Shown here piece by piece: positions 61,530-64,000 of a DNA stretch of 64,000 nucleotides. The stretch covers positions 1 to 64,000 of the forward strand of contig CAXHJY010000401.1 in the NCBI GenBank assembly GCA_964016885.1. The letters run 5' to 3'. Source of the DNA: Eledone cirrhosa. Taxonomy: Eukaryota. The notes under the pieces were generated by a model that saw only the letters and a list, made by a program, of their open reading frames with translations, did no database searches and was not told where the DNA came from. Both the position numbers and the translations under genes were made by a program. Each line of letters opens with the position of its first letter. Positions within the stretch are counted from its first letter, which is position 1.

Positions 61530-62610
61530 AGAGGTGAGGTGGAGGTGAGGTGGAGGTGAGTGGAGGTGAGGTGAGGTAAGGTGAGGTGAGATGAGGTGGA
61601 GGTGAGTGGAGGTGAGGTGAAGTGAGGTGAGGTGGAGGTGAGGTGAGGTGAGGTGAGATGAAGTGAGGTGAGGTGAGATGAAGTGAGGTGAGGTGAGATG
61701 AAGTGAGGTGAGGTGAGATGAAGTGAGGTGAGGTGAGGTGAGGTGGAGATGAGGTGGAGATGAGGGTGGAGATGAGGGTGAGGTGGAGGTGAGATGAGGT
61801 GAGGTGAAGTGAGATGAGATGAGATGAGATGGGATGAGGTGGGATGAGGTGAGGTGGAGATGTGGTGAGATGAGGTTGAGGTGAGCTGAGGTGGAGGTGA
61901 GGTGAGATGAGGTGAGGTGGAGGTGAGATGAGGTGAGGTGGAGATGAGGTTGAGGTGAGCTGAGGTGAGGTGAGGTGAGATGAGATGAGGTGAGGTGAGG
62001 TGAGGTGAGGTGAGGTGAAATGATGTGGAGGTGAGGAGAGTTGAGGTGAGGTGAAATGATGTGGAGGTGAGGAGAGTTGAGGTGAGGTGAAATGATGTGG
62101 AGGTGAGGAGAGTTGAGGTGAGATGAGGTGAGATGAGATGAGATGGAGATGTGGTGAGGTGAGGTGAGGTGGGGTGAGATGAGGTGGGGTGAGATGAGAT
62201 GAGATGAGATGGAGATGTGGTGAGATGAGGTGGAGGTGAGGTGATGAGGTGAGGTGAGATGGAGATGTGGTGAGATGAGGTGGAGGTGAGGTGATGAGGT
62301 GAGGTGAGATGAAGTGAGGTGAGGTGAAATGATGTGGAGGTGAGTTGAGTTGAAGTGAGGTGAGATGAGATGAGATGAGGTGAGGTGGAGATGAGATGAG
62401 ATGAGATGAGGTGAGATGGTGGGTTGAGGTGGTGTTGAGGTGAGGTGGAGGTGAGGTGAGTGGAGGTGAGGTGAGTTGAGGTGAGGTGAGGTGGAGTTGA
62501 GGTGAGGTGGAGGTTGAGATGAGGTGGAGGATGAGGTAAGGTGAGGCGGAGATGAGTTGAGTTGAGGTGAGGTGAGATGAGGTGGTGAGATGACATGAGG
62601 TGAGGTGGAT
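61530..62610. repeat. (GAGGT/GAGAT)n pentamer satellite
   Basis: Direct inspection. Confidence 0.95.
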
Positions 62611-63144
62611 ATAATAAAGTACCAGTAATACACTGGAATAATTGCTGGCCTTGTGCCAAAATTAGAAACAATTATTATTATTTTTATTGTTATTATTGTT
62701 ATTATTATTGTTATATATGAAACAAATAGATATTTGTTGGGTGTGCGTTGTTGTATTAGCGTTGTTCATATTGCGGGTGGTTGTGGGGGTGTGGCGTGAG
62801 GGGGTGTAGCGTGAGGGGGGAGACAGGACCCAGACTGGTTAATCTAAATATTTACTTTACAGGCATAAAAATACAGGGTGGCTTGAAATGTAGACGGACA
62901 TATAGAATATATGGGAGAGGGGCTTTTGGGGTGACGGGGGTGGGGAAGGGGTGGGAGAGTTACAGGTAGGTAGATTAATGGTTAGGGACAAAGATGAATT
63001 GATAGATAGATAGACAGATAGATAGATAGACAGATAGATAGATAGACAGACAGGTAAATAAATAAGTTGACAGATACACTCACACACACACACATATATA
63101 TATATTTATATAGATATATAAATACACACATGAACACATATACA

Positions 63145-63239
<95 letters not shown>

Positions 63240-63344
63240 GGCGACAGGTAGATACATGGCTACAATTATGACGCAGTTATGAATTCACATAAGCAGAGAG
63301 ATTTCATGGTGGTACCTAACTAAACAGGTGTTAGGTGGACATTA

Positions 63345-63776
63345 TATATATATATATATGTATATATATAAATTAATATATATGTATAAATATATATGTA
63401 TAGGTATATGTATATATATGTATATATATATATATATATGTGTATATATGTATATATATATGTGTATATGTGTATATATGTATATATATATGTGTATATA
63501 TGTATATATATATGTGTATATATGTATATATATATATATATGTGTATATATGTATATATATATGTGTATATATGTATATATATATGTGTATATATGTATA
63601 TATATATGTGTATATATGTATATATATATGTGTATATATGTATATATATATGTGTATATATGTATATATATATATGTGTATATATGTATATATATATATG
63701 TGTATATATGTATATATGTATATATGTATATGTATATGTATATATGTATATATATATATGTATGTATGTATATATG

Positions 63777-63827
<51 letters not shown>

Positions 63828-63954
63828 GTATGTATGTATAAATATATATATGTACAAATATATGTATATGTATATATATGTATAAATATATATGTATATA
63901 TAAATATATGTATAAATATATATGTATATATAAATATATGTATAAATATATATG

Positions 63955-63987
<33 letters not shown>

Positions 63988-64000
63988 GTGTATATATATA
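63345..64000. repeat. (TA)/(TATG) microsatellite
   Basis: Direct inspection. Confidence 0.95.

Overview
This is AT-rich animal genomic DNA dominated by microsatellites ((TA)n, (TG)n, (GGT)n, (CT)n, (GAGGT)n). The repeat landscape resembles octopus or another coleoid cephalopod, which is an inference. I found no credible host protein-coding gene; nearly all ORFs in the track are translated simple repeats. Recognisable content: decayed non-LTR retrotransposons (R4/Dong-clade RT, Tx1/L1 fragment, RTE 3' fragments and an RTE-derived bipartite element), tRNA-derived SINEs, two MITEs, and satellites or minisatellites grown from transposon pieces. The main hidden signal is a dense set of type I minimal hammerhead ribozyme (HHR) motifs with palindromic helix III. 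They lie in short elements of several families, almost all embedded in (TA)n tracts, probably Penelope-like element pseudo-LTR remnants. Two families carry a UUGAAAA (U3-A8) core instead of CUGANGA. Several copies are fold-back palindromes turning at or near ribozyme helices, and some copies begin at the predicted cleavage site. All structures were read by eye and none is tested for activity.
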